In this document: positions 10,886 to 23,200 of the stretch, one piece after another
How positions within the stretch are numbered: position 1 is the stretch's first letter
Layout of the letters: the number at the start of each line of letters is the position of its first letter
Source: Alphaproteobacteria bacterium
GTDB lineage: Bacteria > Pseudomonadota > Alphaproteobacteria > UBA828
Assembly: GCA_965214705.1 (NCBI GenBank)
Contig: CBDCCI010000002.1
Span: 2,240,001 to 2,304,000 of the forward strand
Reading direction: 5' to 3'
DNA: 64,000 nt
Made by a program: the position numbers and the translations under genes
Notes under the pieces: generated by a model
What the model saw: the letters and a program-made list of their open reading frames with translations, nothing else
What the model was told of the DNA's origin: nothing
Database searches by the model: none

Positions 10886-10986
10886 GATCTCCCCATCGCC
10901 GAAACGGGGCGCGATTCTGGTCGCGCGCCACCGCGATTGCAAACAGCGAATGCAACCAGACCGACAACCACGAGCGAGGAGGCGGC

Positions 10987-11505
10987 GTGCGGCGGCTCTA
11001 CCTGATGCGCCACGGCAAGGCGCAGGCCGGCATGCCGCCCGGCGGCGGCGATCTCGACCGCGCGCTGGTCGGCAGAGGCCGGAAAGAGAGCCGGAGCATG
11101 GGCGCCTTCTGCCGCGACCAGGCGCAACCGCCGACGCTGATTCTCTGCTCGCCCTCGCGGCGCACTGTGGAGACCTGCGAGTCGTTTTGCGAAGGCTTCG
11201 GCGAGAGCCTGCCGCGCCGGATCGTTGACGACATCTACATGGGCAGCCCGTCGGCGCTCCTGTACGCGGTGGCCGAGGCCGGTGGCAGCGAGCCCGGCGT
11301 CCTTCTCATCGGCCACAATCCCGGCATTCACGCGCTGGCGCTTGCGCTCGCCCGACGCGAGCCGGGACCGAATTACGCCCGGCTCTCCACGCGGTTCCCG
11401 ACGGCGGCGCTCGCCGTGTTCGAGACCGGGATCGACGACTGGGCCGCGTTCAGGGACGGGAGCGCACGACTGGTGGCCTTCAAGATGCCGAAGGAGATGC
11501 GCTGA
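10987..11505 (+). CDS. sixA: SixA-type histidine phosphatase
   Basis: LMRHGKA, CSPSRRT, LIGHNPG, FPTAAL. Confidence 0.85.
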   Translation: MRRLYLMRHGKAQAGMPPGGGDLDRALVGRGRKESRSMGAFCRDQAQPPTLILCSPSRRTVETCESFCEGFGESLPRRIVDDIYMGSPSALLYAVAEAGGSEPGVLLIGHNPGIHALALALARREPGPNYARLSTRFPTAALAVFETGIDDWAAFRDGSARLVAFKMPKEMR

Positions 11506-11529
11506 CGCGCGACCGGGCGCGCCTTTGCG

Positions 11530-12567
11530 TCAGTGCACTCTTTCGGTGCAGAAATCCACCACGTCGAGCAGGGCGTCTTTGGCCTCGGACGCGGGGAACA
11601 GACCAAGCGCGTCGCGGGCCATCGCGCTGTAGTGACGCGCCCGCTCCACCGAATCGGCGATCGCGTCGTGGCGGGTGAGCAGGGCCATCGCCCGCGCGAA
11701 GTCGTCGTCTCCCTGCTCCTCGTCCTCCATGGTGCGCCGCCAGAAAGCGCGCTCCTCATCGTCGCCCCGGCGAAACGCCAGCACCACGGGCAGCGTGATC
11801 TTGCCTTCGCGGAAATCGTCGCCCACCGACTTGCCGAGCACCGCTTCGCGGGCGCCGTAGTCGAGGGCGTCGTCGACCAGCTGATAGGCGATGCCGAGAT
11901 TGAGCCCGAAGCTCCTGAGCGCCTCCTCCTCGGCGGCGGAGCGCTCGGCCACCACCGCACCGAGCTGGCAGGCGGCGGCGAAGAGCGCGGCGGTCTTCGC
12001 GGTCACCACCTTCATATAGGCGGCCTCGCTGGTCTCGGTGTCGTTGGAGGTGGTGAGCTGCATTACTTCGCCTTCGGCGAGAGTGGCAGCAGTATCGGCG
12101 AGGATGCCGAGCACGCGGAGCGAGCCGTCGGCCACGGAGATCTGGAACGCGCGGCTGAACAGGAAGTCGCCCACCAGCACGCTCGGCTTGTTGCCCCAGA
12201 CCGCGTTGGCGGTCGCCGTGCCCCGCCTGAGTGCGCTGTCGTCGACCACGTCATCGTGAAGTAGCGTCGCGGTGTGAATGAACTCGACGCAGGCGGCGAG
12301 GTCGATGTGGCGCTTGCCGGTGTAGCCGCAGAGCCGCGCTGAGCCGAGCGTCATCATCGGCCGGAGGCGCTTTCCGCCGGCCGCGACGATGTGCGCGGCG
12401 AGCTCCGAAATGAGCATCACCGAGCTTTCCATGTTGTCCAGAATGACGCCGTTGACGGCGCGCAGATCTTCCGCGACCAGCCCGTGAAGCGGGTCCAGCG
12501 AGGCCCCGGAGGCCGCCTTGCGCCGCGCAGCAGCCCGCCCTTCGAGCGGAACGACCGTGTCCGACAT
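11530..12567 (-). CDS. ispB: Octaprenyl/decaprenyl diphosphate synthase
   Basis: GGKRLRP, HDDVVD (first Asp-rich motif), QLVDDALD (second), GKITLP. Confidence 0.93.
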   Translation of the reverse strand: MSDTVVPLEGRAAARRKAASGASLDPLHGLVAEDLRAVNGVILDNMESSVMLISELAAHIVAAGGKRLRPMMTLGSARLCGYTGKRHIDLAACVEFIHTATLLHDDVVDDSALRRGTATANAVWGNKPSVLVGDFLFSRAFQISVADGSLRVLGILADTAATLAEGEVMQLTTSNDTETSEAAYMKVVTAKTAALFAAACQLGAVVAERSAAEEEALRSFGLNLGIAYQLVDDALDYGAREAVLGKSVGDDFREGKITLPVVLAFRRGDDEERAFWRRTMEDEEQGDDDFARAMALLTRHDAIADSVERARHYSAMARDALGLFPASEAKDALLDVVDFCTERVH

Positions 12568-12692
12568 AGACCCTCTCGCTTGACGGCGCGCGCGCGCAAG
12601 GGCATCCATGCGCAACCGCGCCGGCGCTAACGTAACACTTGGCGCGCGGTCCGGCACGAATCGAGTGGGCCCGCCACGGGAGTCGGGACAGA

Positions 12693-12905
12693 ATGGTCGA
12701 GCTCCTGCGCACGAACGACCTGGTGCAGCTCTCGTTCCTCGGCGCCGTGCTGAGAGACGGCGGGATCGAGCCCATCGTGCTCGATCAGCACATGAGCGTG
12801 CTGGAGGGGAGCGCAGGCGCGATCCCGCGACGCCTCATGGTCGCCGACGAGGACGCCGATGCGGCACGGCGCATCTTGAGAGAGGTCGGTGCGCTCGATG
12901 ACTGA
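12693..12905 (+). CDS. DUF2007 domain protein
   Basis: MVELLRTNDLV...DQHMSVLEGS...IPRRLMV; usual position divergent from ispB in alphaproteobacteria. Confidence 0.85.
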   Translation: MVELLRTNDLVQLSFLGAVLRDGGIEPIVLDQHMSVLEGSAGAIPRRLMVADEDADAARRILREVGALDD

Positions 12906-13689
12906 GACCGAGTCCGCGCGGGTCACCAGCGACACGCTGCTCGGCGGCAGGGTCGCGCTGAACCAGCCGGCGGCGGGCTACCGGGTCGCGATCGATCCGG
13001 TCCTGCTTGCGGCCGCGGTGCCGGCCTCGGACGGCGAGCGCGCGCTCGATGTCGGCTGCGGGGTGGGCGCCGGCGCGCTCTGCCTCGCGAGCCGCGTGAC
13101 CGGCCTGCACGTTACCGGGATCGAGGTGGACCGCACCTTCGCCCAGCTCGCCAAGGACAACGCCGCGCTCAACGGGCTGGAGGAACGGCTGGACGTGTGG
13201 GTGGGCGATTTCGAGCGGCCACCGCCCAAGCTGCCGCCGAAGGGCTTCGACCACGTGTTCGCGAACCCGCCATTCTTCGAGGAGGGCGCGAACCAAGCGC
13301 CGGCCTCCCGCAGCCGCGCGCAGGCGACGGTGGAAGGCGCGACCGGGCTCGACGCCTGGATCGAGTTCTGCGCCCGGATGGTCCGCCCTGGCGGCTCTAT
13401 CACGATCATCCATAGGCCGGAGCGTCTGGCCCAAATTCTGGGCGGTCTGTCACAGGCGCGGGCCGGCGCCATCGTCGTCTATCCACTGTGGTCTCATAAC
13501 CCGTTCAGCGGCGCGCGCACCAAGAAGACCGCGAACCGCATCATCGTGCAGGCGACGGCCGAGCACGGCGGGTCCTTGCAGATCGCCTGCGGCATGATCC
13601 TGCACGACGACGACGGCAGCTACTCCCACACGGCGGACCGGGTCCTGCGCGGCGGCGGCGCGCTCACCCTCCTGGAGGAAGAGGCCTGA
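12898..13689 (+). CDS. tRNA1(Val) A37 N6-methyltransferase-like (TrmN6/YfiC family)
   Basis: GYRVAIDPVLLAA, LDVGCGVG, NPPF, IHRPERL. Confidence 0.85.
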   Translation: MTETESARVTSDTLLGGRVALNQPAAGYRVAIDPVLLAAAVPASDGERALDVGCGVGAGALCLASRVTGLHVTGIEVDRTFAQLAKDNAALNGLEERLDVWVGDFERPPPKLPPKGFDHVFANPPFFEEGANQAPASRSRAQATVEGATGLDAWIEFCARMVRPGGSITIIHRPERLAQILGGLSQARAGAIVVYPLWSHNPFSGARTKKTANRIIVQATAEHGGSLQIACGMILHDDDGSYSHTADRVLRGGGALTLLEEEA

Positions 13690-14543
13690 TGAGGCGGTTG
13701 CTGGCACGCCTGACCTTCCGCCGCCCGCCGCCGGTGGTCTCGGTCGTGCGGCTTTCCGGCGTGATCGGGCGACCCGGCATGTTCGGCGGCCGCATCAGCA
13801 TGGAGGGAGTCGCTCCCGTGCTGCAACGGGCCTTCCGCCAGCCGGGGCTGAAAGCCGTGGCGCTCGAGATCAACTCGCCGGGCGGCTCCGCGGCGCAGTC
13901 GGCGCTGATCCACAACCGGATTCGCGCGCTTGCGGCGGAACGCGACGTGCCGGTGATGGCCTTCGTGGAGGATGTCGCCGCGTCGGGTGGATACTGGCTC
14001 GCCGCGGCGGCCGACGAGATTTTCGTGGATGACAATTCCATTCTCGGCAGCATCGGCGTCATCTACTCGGGTTTCGGCTTCCACGAAGCCATCGAGAAGC
14101 TCGGCGTCGAGCGGCGGCTCTACACCGCCGGCGAGAAGAAGTCGCTGCTCGACCCGTTCCTCGCCGTGCAACCGGACGATCTCGATCGCCTGCGCCGGGT
14201 GCAGGGCGACATTCACGACAACTTCAAGGAGCTGATCCGCGCACGGCGCGGCGCGCGTCTCGCCGAGAGCGATCCCGATCTCTTCAGCGGCGAGTTCTGG
14301 CTGGGCCGGAAGGCGATCGGCCTGGGGCTCGCCGACGGCATCGGCGATATCCGAAGCGTGCTGCGCGAGCGCTATGGCCGCAAGGTGGTCATGCGCAAGA
14401 TCGGCCGCCCGCGCGGCTGGCTGGCGCGGCGCCTGCGGCCGGGCCTCTTGCTCGGAGGCGATGGCGACGAAGCCGGCTCGCTGGCCGGTGACCTGCTCGG
14501 CGCGATCGAAGCCCGCCTCTGGTGGTCCCGCTACGGGCTCTGA
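13689..14543 (+). CDS. S49 family peptidase (SppA/SohB-like)
   Basis: INSPGGS, DVAASGGYWLA, GSIGV. Confidence 0.92.
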   Translation: MRRLLARLTFRRPPPVVSVVRLSGVIGRPGMFGGRISMEGVAPVLQRAFRQPGLKAVALEINSPGGSAAQSALIHNRIRALAAERDVPVMAFVEDVAASGGYWLAAAADEIFVDDNSILGSIGVIYSGFGFHEAIEKLGVERRLYTAGEKKSLLDPFLAVQPDDLDRLRRVQGDIHDNFKELIRARRGARLAESDPDLFSGEFWLGRKAIGLGLADGIGDIRSVLRERYGRKVVMRKIGRPRGWLARRLRPGLLLGGDGDEAGSLAGDLLGAIEARLWWSRYGL

Positions 14544-14719
14544 TCGACCCGGCGCGCTGCCTAACCAGCGGCCGATCACCTACATAGCGTTAGACCCCAA
14601 CGCCCCCTCTCCAAAATTCGCCGGAACTCCCGATCTTGCTGGAGGCGGTTCCGGGCATCGACTAACATCCGAATCAGGCTGCCCGTAAAGGGCCGGTCGG
14701 CGACTACAGGAGAGGGCCA

Positions 14720-15172
14720 ATGATTTCGCTGAAGATCAACGGCGTCAGTCGCCAGTTCCACGGCGATCCTGACATGCCGCTTCTCTGGTACGTCCGAGAC
14801 GAGCTCGGACTGACAGGGAGCAAGTTCGGCTGCGGCGCAGCGCTCTGCGGCGCCTGCACGATTCACGTGGACGGTGAGGCCGTCCGCTCCTGCGTCACTC
14901 CGGTATCGGAGGCCGACGGCAGGGACGTCACAACCATCGAGGGTCTCGATCCCGAGGGCAACCACCCCGTGCAGCGGGCCTGGCGCGCTCACAACGTGCC
15001 GCAGTGCGGCTACTGCCAGTCCGGGCAGATCATGTCGGCTGCGGCGCTGCTCAACGAGAACCCCGACCCCAGCGACGAAGAGATCGTTGACGGCATGGCC
15101 GGCAACATCTGTCGCTGCGGCACCTACCAGCGGATCTTCGCGGCGGTCCGCACAGCGGCGCAGGAGGTCTGA
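14720..15172 (+). CDS. (2Fe-2S)-binding subunit of isoquinoline 1-oxidoreductase-type molybdoenzyme (IorA-like)
   Basis: [31 protein letters not shown]. Confidence 0.93.
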   Translation: MISLKINGVSRQFHGDPDMPLLWYVRDELGLTGSKFGCGAALCGACTIHVDGEAVRSCVTPVSEADGRDVTTIEGLDPEGNHPVQRAWRAHNVPQCGYCQSGQIMSAAALLNENPDPSDEEIVDGMAGNICRCGTYQRIFAAVRTAAQEV

Positions 15173-15174
15173 CC

Positions 15175-17469
<2,295 letters not shown>

Positions 17470-17483
17470 ACTCGCGGACGACG

Positions 17484-17521
17484 GGGCGGCGGGGGATGCG
17501 AGACCCCCCGCCGCCCTTTTT
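17484..17521 (+). terminator. Rho-independent terminator after the iorAB-like operon
   Basis: Perfect 12-bp stem GGGCGGCGGGGG / CCCCCGCCGCCC followed by TTTTT. Confidence 0.88.
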
Positions 17522-17659
17522 CTTGTCATGTCGGGTAAGGCGGCCCGGCTCGACTAGAGCGTGTTCGTCTTTGACGGACACGCGACAGGCCGCGACCGCG
17601 GCCCGCCGCTCCTGCGGCGCCCTCGCGGAAGCGCCGGCCGTAGGCCGGCTGCCGTGAGC

Positions 17660-17987
17660 GACAAAACGTTAGAGCGTTTCCGTGTAGAACATAGAGAGCT
17701 GCATTCGTGGCTTTAGGGATTGATCCGATATGCGATGGTCGTCCATTTCTAGTTTGGTATAACAGGTGCTTAGAGAATATTCAACCATGGACTTTCAAGA
17801 CTTGTGGCCATGGAAGTATTTTCCTGTCTTGTGGTGATAGTGACACCTGGGTGTTGAAAGGTCCCTCATACGGACGATTATCTGCGGCTTATGGGGTGTA
17901 TCCCGATGGCTGATATGTTGTCCGTATGGTTGGTATGGTTCAATAGGGACGATATCGGGCATCCTCCATAGGATAGCGAGCAGGCCG
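17660..17987. other. AT-rich non-coding region, candidate oriT
   Basis: Abrupt drop in GC upstream of three RHH-like genes; contains GGGGTGTAT (17893-17901), similar to MobF nic sites. Confidence 0.35.
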
Positions 17988-18320
17988 ATGCCGGCGAGAC
18001 AAAAGGGCGAAAAGCGGAAGCAGCGCTGGGTCGGTGCAACCGATGCCGAATGGGCCGAGATCAGCGAAGACGCGCAAGCGGCGGGATTGTCCAATTCCGA
18101 CTACGTCATCCGGTGCTGCCTTGAGGGCAAGGCGCGGGCCGAGCTTACCGATGTCGGTCTGCCCTCGCCGGTTCTGCGCCGGGCAGTGAAGGCGGTATTG
18201 ATCCTCGAAGAACTGCAAAGGCTGCGGCTCGCGAACGACGGCGAGACAGGCGAAGCACTGTGGCGGAGGGCGGTGGGCGAGGTGGACGCCTGGATCAAGG
18301 GCGAGGGCGATCTGGGATGA
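17988..18320 (+). CDS. Ribbon-helix-helix (MobC/TraY-like) protein 1
   Basis: RKQRWVGATDAEWAEISEDAQAAGLSNSDYVIRCCL matches the strand-helix-GLSxSxY-helix pattern. Confidence 0.65.
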   Translation: MPARQKGEKRKQRWVGATDAEWAEISEDAQAAGLSNSDYVIRCCLEGKARAELTDVGLPSPVLRRAVKAVLILEELQRLRLANDGETGEALWRRAVGEVDAWIKGEGDLG

Positions 18321-18333
18321 AGCGGAAGGTTCC

Positions 18334-18660
18334 GTGATCCTCGCGAAGAAGCGCTGCATCTACTGCTCCCCAGAGACGCGGGAGAAGATGCGGCGGCGGG
18401 CCAGGAAGGAGAGGATTCCGCTCTCGCGCCTGGTCATTCTGTGCTGCCGCCGGGTTGCGAGCGCGAGCGCTCCTCCGGAACCGCCCGGTTATCCGCTGGC
18501 GCTTGCCGAGGACGCGCAGCGTCGCCTTTACGAGGACAGCCGCGTTCTCGCCCGGTCGAAGAGTATCGTTGTCGATGCGCAGGAAGGCGGGAAGGCGACC
18601 CTGGCGATCCATGAAGTGGTTCGCTTTCTGCTGCTTTGCGAAGAAGAGCAGGAGGCATGA
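18334..18660 (+). CDS. RHH-like protein 2
   Basis: KKRCIYCSPETREKMRRRARKERIPLSRLVILC; stop overlaps next start (ATGA). Confidence 0.5.
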   Translation: MILAKKRCIYCSPETREKMRRRARKERIPLSRLVILCCRRVASASAPPEPPGYPLALAEDAQRRLYEDSRVLARSKSIVVDAQEGGKATLAIHEVVRFLLLCEEEQEA

Positions 18661-19154
18661 GCAAGCCGCGCGTGCGCAGGGCGGGGACCGAACAAACGAT
18701 TTCCGCGACCGACGAGGAATGGGCCGACGTCCAGTCGGGGGCGGACGAAGCCGGAATGTCGGTGTCGGCCTGGGTGGTCCATTGCGTGCTGACGGTGGAC
18801 CTCCTGCCGCGGAAGCATCGGCGGCTGGTCCTCGACGAGAAACAGCAGAGATCCATCTCACGGGCCGTGAGCGAGCATGCACGGAGCCTGCGCTCGGACG
18901 TCGACGCGCCTTCGCAGCTCACCGACGACCTCGGCGCGCTGCTGAAGGCGCGGCTTGAGACGATGGACCGGCAGGGCCGGGGCAGTGAAGCCGCGACGCT
19001 CCTTCGGCAGGTATTCGGCGAGGAGCGGGCAGCAATTATCGCCGCCGCCTTCATGCCGAATGTGCGAACGACGCCGGAAGCGGCGCCGAAACCGCAGAAG
19101 CCCGCACCCCGAAAGAAAAGCATCCGCGACTCCGGTCAAGGCGAGTTGTTCTGA
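18657..19154 (+). CDS. RHH (MobC-like) protein 3
   Basis: QTISATDEEWADVQSGADEAGMSVSAWVVHC; GGAGG RBS; paralogous to 17988-18320. Confidence 0.65.
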   Translation: MSKPRVRRAGTEQTISATDEEWADVQSGADEAGMSVSAWVVHCVLTVDLLPRKHRRLVLDEKQQRSISRAVSEHARSLRSDVDAPSQLTDDLGALLKARLETMDRQGRGSEAATLLRQVFGEERAAIIAAAFMPNVRTTPEAAPKPQKPAPRKKSIRDSGQGELF

Positions 19155-19446
19155 TTGCAGGCAGGCAGATCGGGCGAACAGGTGCGGCAGTCAAGAGAGG
19201 GAGCGAGGTCGACCCGAGCGGGCCTCTACCCCCGACGGTGTCGGGCTCGAAATACGGGGCACTTCCGATGACGTCCCTTGATCATCGAGGCAAGGGCCGC
19301 GGGGATCCGGCCGGTCGACGAATGGCGGGAGCGCTCGCCGCGCTGCATCGAACGGGCCCAGGCCAGGCGCCGGCACGGCGCCACTCCCGCGATCATTTCG
19401 GACGGCAGCGTCCCGGCGCTCTTGTCGGTGAAGTGCATCGGAGGGC

Positions 19447-20796
19447 ATGGGAGGGACGATCATGGCTCTCGAGGTCGTAAGAGCGTTCACCCTGGAGCAC
19501 GTTCGGTGGCTCGCGCCTCTCGAGGAATACGCCCTGCGTGAGGTCAAGGACGCGAGGGTAAGGGGCCGGAAGGTGAACCCGGCGACGCGAATGCTCTACG
19601 ACGCCGTGACCGAGGCCGTCCGCGACGCGGAGTACTGGATCCTGTGCGACTGTCTGCCCGAGGGGTGGGAGCAGCCGGTCATCGTGCCCTCGCGGGGATC
19701 GCACGGCATGCGTCTCGGCAACCTTCCCGACGCTTCCGTGCCGCATGACGGGAACTGCGTCTTCCGCCTGCGATCCTTTCAAGGCACCTCCGGGTTCTTC
19801 TTCAATCCGTTGTCGCACGAGGGGCGCGTCTCGGCTTCGGCAGAACGCGACCCGGAGCATGAATCCCGGAGCCGGACGGGCCGGTCGGTCCCGGTCGTGG
19901 CCCACGTGCTCAAGTGCTTCATCCGGGAGGCGCGGCTGCACACGCTGGCCGGTGCGGAGCGGTTTCCGTCACCGGCGGACTGGCTCACGGAACTCAAGCG
20001 CGCCGCAGTTGCGTTCCCCGTCGCGCCGAACGTTCCGGCGTCGGAGGTTCTGTTCACGGACCCCGCGAGCTGGCGCTCGGGCGAATTCCGGGAAAGGCTG
20101 GACGAGCGCGCGCAGCATTGGCCGAACGATCCCCCGCCTTGCGGCTACCTGTGCTGGGTCGCGCACGATGTCGAGGACCACGAGATCGACGGCAAGACCG
20201 GGGGCGCCGGCCATGTGAGGGTGACGTCTCCCGTGGTCTCCCCGGTCATCCACAACAAGAGGGTGGAGGGACCCTATCTCTTCCTGGGCGCGCTGGCGCG
20301 GTCCGCAGACGTGCAAGGGTGGGAGTGCCGCATGGCCTACGCGCAGCCCATTGCCGCGCCGGAGTTGCCGATCCCGGTCGAGTCGGACTACGAGCGCCAG
20401 GCGCTCCTGTCGCTTCCACAACTGGTTGAGGATCTGCGGCGCGGCAAGGAGCTGCAGGAGGCGCTCGGCGGTGTCGTCCGGGTCGAGCTTCAGAAGCCGC
20501 TCTTCCCGATAAGGGTGCGCGACGGCCGTTGTCATCCGGACGTCCTTCTCACCGTCAGCGGCCCGGGGGGCTCCACCGACGGCGGCGACAAGGCGCGCTA
20601 CGTCATCGAGGTCATGGGGTTTGGCAACGCGGAATACGAGAAGAAGAAGAAAGAGACCCACCGCCTGATGAAGCGGATCGGCAGGGTCATCCGTCTGGAG
20701 GGGCGGCAATTCGGGTCCGCGCACAACGGCCTGGAGCGGCAGCGCGACAGGATCGCCAGGCAGATCTCGAAGGACCTCCTGTGGCGGTGGACATGA
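19447..20796 (+). CDS. DUF1173-like protein, putative Zn-binding plus PD-(D/E)xK-like nuclease
   Basis: N-terminal CDC...HDGNC; C-terminal PVESDYER, KPLF, HPDVLL...IEVMG..Y..KK. Confidence 0.5.
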   Translation: MGGTIMALEVVRAFTLEHVRWLAPLEEYALREVKDARVRGRKVNPATRMLYDAVTEAVRDAEYWILCDCLPEGWEQPVIVPSRGSHGMRLGNLPDASVPHDGNCVFRLRSFQGTSGFFFNPLSHEGRVSASAERDPEHESRSRTGRSVPVVAHVLKCFIREARLHTLAGAERFPSPADWLTELKRAAVAFPVAPNVPASEVLFTDPASWRSGEFRERLDERAQHWPNDPPPCGYLCWVAHDVEDHEIDGKTGGAGHVRVTSPVVSPVIHNKRVEGPYLFLGALARSADVQGWECRMAYAQPIAAPELPIPVESDYERQALLSLPQLVEDLRRGKELQEALGGVVRVELQKPLFPIRVRDGRCHPDVLLTVSGPGGSTDGGDKARYVIEVMGFGNAEYEKKKKETHRLMKRIGRVIRLEGRQFGSAHNGLERQRDRIARQISKDLLWRWT

Positions 20797-21336
20797 AGCT
20801 GGCGGTGCCGGTTGCCGCGGCGCTGAGACCCCCTGTCCTGAAATTGCCGAACCGGCGGCGCTTCAGGGGATGCCGGCGATCACGGGTGCCTCGCCGGCCG
20901 CGACCTGCGTGGTGACGTTCCGCTCGGGCTCGTCGGTGGGCTCACTTGTTCGCCTTCTTCACCGGACTGGGTCTCGCACGCCGCCGAGGAATGGCGCGTG
21001 GCACTGCAGACGCATCAGCGACGGCTACCACGCGGTCAGCGCGGCCGTGTTGTCCGAGACTATTTCGACTTCGTCGGGGCAGAGGCCGGGAAACGCCAGC
21101 GCGGCCACCGCCTGGGCATGGCTTTCGAAGGTGGCCAATTCGAGACCGGTGGCGAGCTCGACGATGGTGAAGAGGGGATGAGATACCGGCACTCCTCGAT
21201 ACTCAGTCGAGCGCACGCGGGCTTGCCGCGAACAAGGCTCGCACGAGGCGGCCGCGCCCGACCAGGCACCGCATCTTGAACAAAGCTTCCGGGCACGACG
21301 GCGGGCATAGCGCTTTCGATCGGCGGCGTTCTCTTG

Positions 21337-21395
21337 CCGTTCGCCGCGAGCCGCCCCGACATCTCCCGCCAGTCGGAGTAGTCTTCCAGTCCGGC
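21337..21395 (-). repeat. Relaxase fragment, direct repeat of 38705-38763
   Basis: 52/59 nt identical by manual alignment; AGLEDYSDWREMSGRLAANG versus AGLEDYPDWREMSGRLAANG. Confidence 0.85.
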
Positions 21396-21506
21396 ATGCG
21401 ACACCCCGGCGACGGCCCTCCCTTCCCGCAGAAATGACCGATCAGTCCGGGAAATGCGCGTGCCCATCGCGCCAAATAATCCGGGAAATCCGTCGTCAGA
21501 TAATCC

Positions 21507-21700
21507 GGAAAACAACACCAAGCCCAACAGCAACGCCACGAGGCCGGGCGTGTAAGCCTGCGGCCCGTCGGTCAGGCCGAGCCACGCGATCAGGTTTTCG
21601 ACGCCGGCCGTTCGCGACAGGATGGTCGACCACGCAAAACCAATGATGACCTCGGAGAGCAATAGAACGGAGAGAATTAACACCAAGATGAGGGCCAGGC
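21507..21700 (-). pseudogene. Fragment of a PotB-like ABC transporter permease
   Basis: LSVLLLSEVIIGFAWSTILSRTAGVENLIAWLGL...YTPG; no start context and runs into unrelated sequence. Confidence 0.55.
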
Positions 21701-21852
21701 GTCTGGGTCCGTGGAAGAGGGCGAGTGTGCTTTGAACGGAATAGCCGTAGATCCGACAGCCTGGCCCGATGTGGTCTGACCGGCTTTCTGTGGCGTCTCG
21801 GGATCAAGTGTCATAATGCCGGCACGCATCTGTTGCAGGGGAGGGAACGACC

Positions 21853-23100
21853 ATGGCCCAGCGCAAGCCGCTCAAGACGCTGCGTATCGGGATGATCGGC
21901 TCAGGCTTCATCGCGCGCTTCCACCTCGAATCCTTCACCGGCGTGCGCAACTGCGCCATCACCGGGGTTTACAGCCCAACGAAGGAGAGCCGCAGCGCGC
22001 TCGCGGCGCGGGCCAACGAGCTCGACCTCGGCCCCTGCACGGCTCATTCGTCGCTCGACAGGATGATCCGGGCCAAGGACGTGGATGCGCTCTGGATCCT
22101 CTCGCCCAACGACACCCGCGTCGCCACGATGGAGGCAATCCACAAGGCGGTGAAGGGCGGCAAGCGACTCAGAGGCGTCGCCTGCGAGAAGCCGCTCGCG
22201 CGCAACTTGGCGGAGGCCCGCGCCATGGTGCGACTCGCCGACGATGCCAGGCTCGCCACCGGCTATCTGGAGAACCAGGTGTTCTCGACGGCGGTCGAGC
22301 GCGGCAAGGAGATCATCTGGCGCCGCGCGGTGCCGCTCACCGGCCGGCCTTATCTCGCGCGCGCGGCGGAGGAGCATTCCGGCCCGCACATGCCCTGGTT
22401 CTGGCAGGGCGAGAAGCAGGGCGGCGGCGTGCTCTCGGACATGATGTGCCACTCGGTGGAGGTCGCGCGTCACATGCTGACCGCGCCGGGCGAGGCCCGT
22501 GACACGCTCAGGGTGAAGAGCGCCAACGCCACCATCGCCAATCTCAAGTGGACCCGGCCGGCCTACGTGCGCCGCCTCAAGCGCGAGATGGGGCGCGAGG
22601 TCGATTACGGCCGTCGGCCGGCCGAGGACTTCGCGCGCGGCACGCTGGTTCTGGAGGACCCGGACGGCAACGAGGCGATGATCGAGACCACCACGTCGTG
22701 GGCCTACGTCGGCGCGGGCCTACGTATCCAGCTCGAGCTGCTGGGGCCTGAATACTCGATGGAGTTCTCCTCCCTCGGCACCGGTCTCAAGGTCTTCATC
22801 TCGCGCGCGGTGAAGGGCGACGCGGGCGAAGACCTGGTGGAGAAGCAGAACGCCGAGCAGGGCCTTATGCCGGCGCTGGAGGACGAAGCGGGCGTCTACG
22901 GCTACACCAGCGAGAACCGCCACATGGTGGAATGCTTCCGCACCGGGACGACGCCCGCCGAGACTTTCCGCGACGGGCTTGCCGTGACCGAGATCCTGAT
23001 GACCCTCTACCGCTCCGCCGAGCTCGGCCGCACCCTCAACTTCGGCGAAGAGGACCTCACCGACTACATCCCACCGGTGGCCCGTGCCTCTTCCCGATAG
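21853..23100 (+). CDS. Gfo/Idh/MocA family oxidoreductase
   Basis: IGMIGSGFIA, CEKPLA, GGGVLSDMMCH. Confidence 0.9.
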   Translation: MAQRKPLKTLRIGMIGSGFIARFHLESFTGVRNCAITGVYSPTKESRSALAARANELDLGPCTAHSSLDRMIRAKDVDALWILSPNDTRVATMEAIHKAVKGGKRLRGVACEKPLARNLAEARAMVRLADDARLATGYLENQVFSTAVERGKEIIWRRAVPLTGRPYLARAAEEHSGPHMPWFWQGEKQGGGVLSDMMCHSVEVARHMLTAPGEARDTLRVKSANATIANLKWTRPAYVRRLKREMGREVDYGRRPAEDFARGTLVLEDPDGNEAMIETTTSWAYVGAGLRIQLELLGPEYSMEFSSLGTGLKVFISRAVKGDAGEDLVEKQNAEQGLMPALEDEAGVYGYTSENRHMVECFRTGTTPAETFRDGLAVTEILMTLYRSAELGRTLNFGEEDLTDYIPPVARASSR

Positions 23101-23200
23101 CACCGGGACAAGCCCGGCTACCCCATCCGCCCGCTCGGCGTCCGCGGGTATCGGTTGGCTGGCCTTGGCAGCTACCGGTCCTCCGCGCCAAATTCACGGA

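Noticed and set aside
17522-17700. tRNA or att site at the island's left junction; TAGAGCGT repeats and hairpin 17559-17583 as a MITE
   Set aside because: No cloverleaf or T-loop found; repeats are too short and have no matching partner end
21025-21216. 63-aa minus-strand ORF
   Set aside because: Plausible small protein but no motif or clear start; not enough support to call
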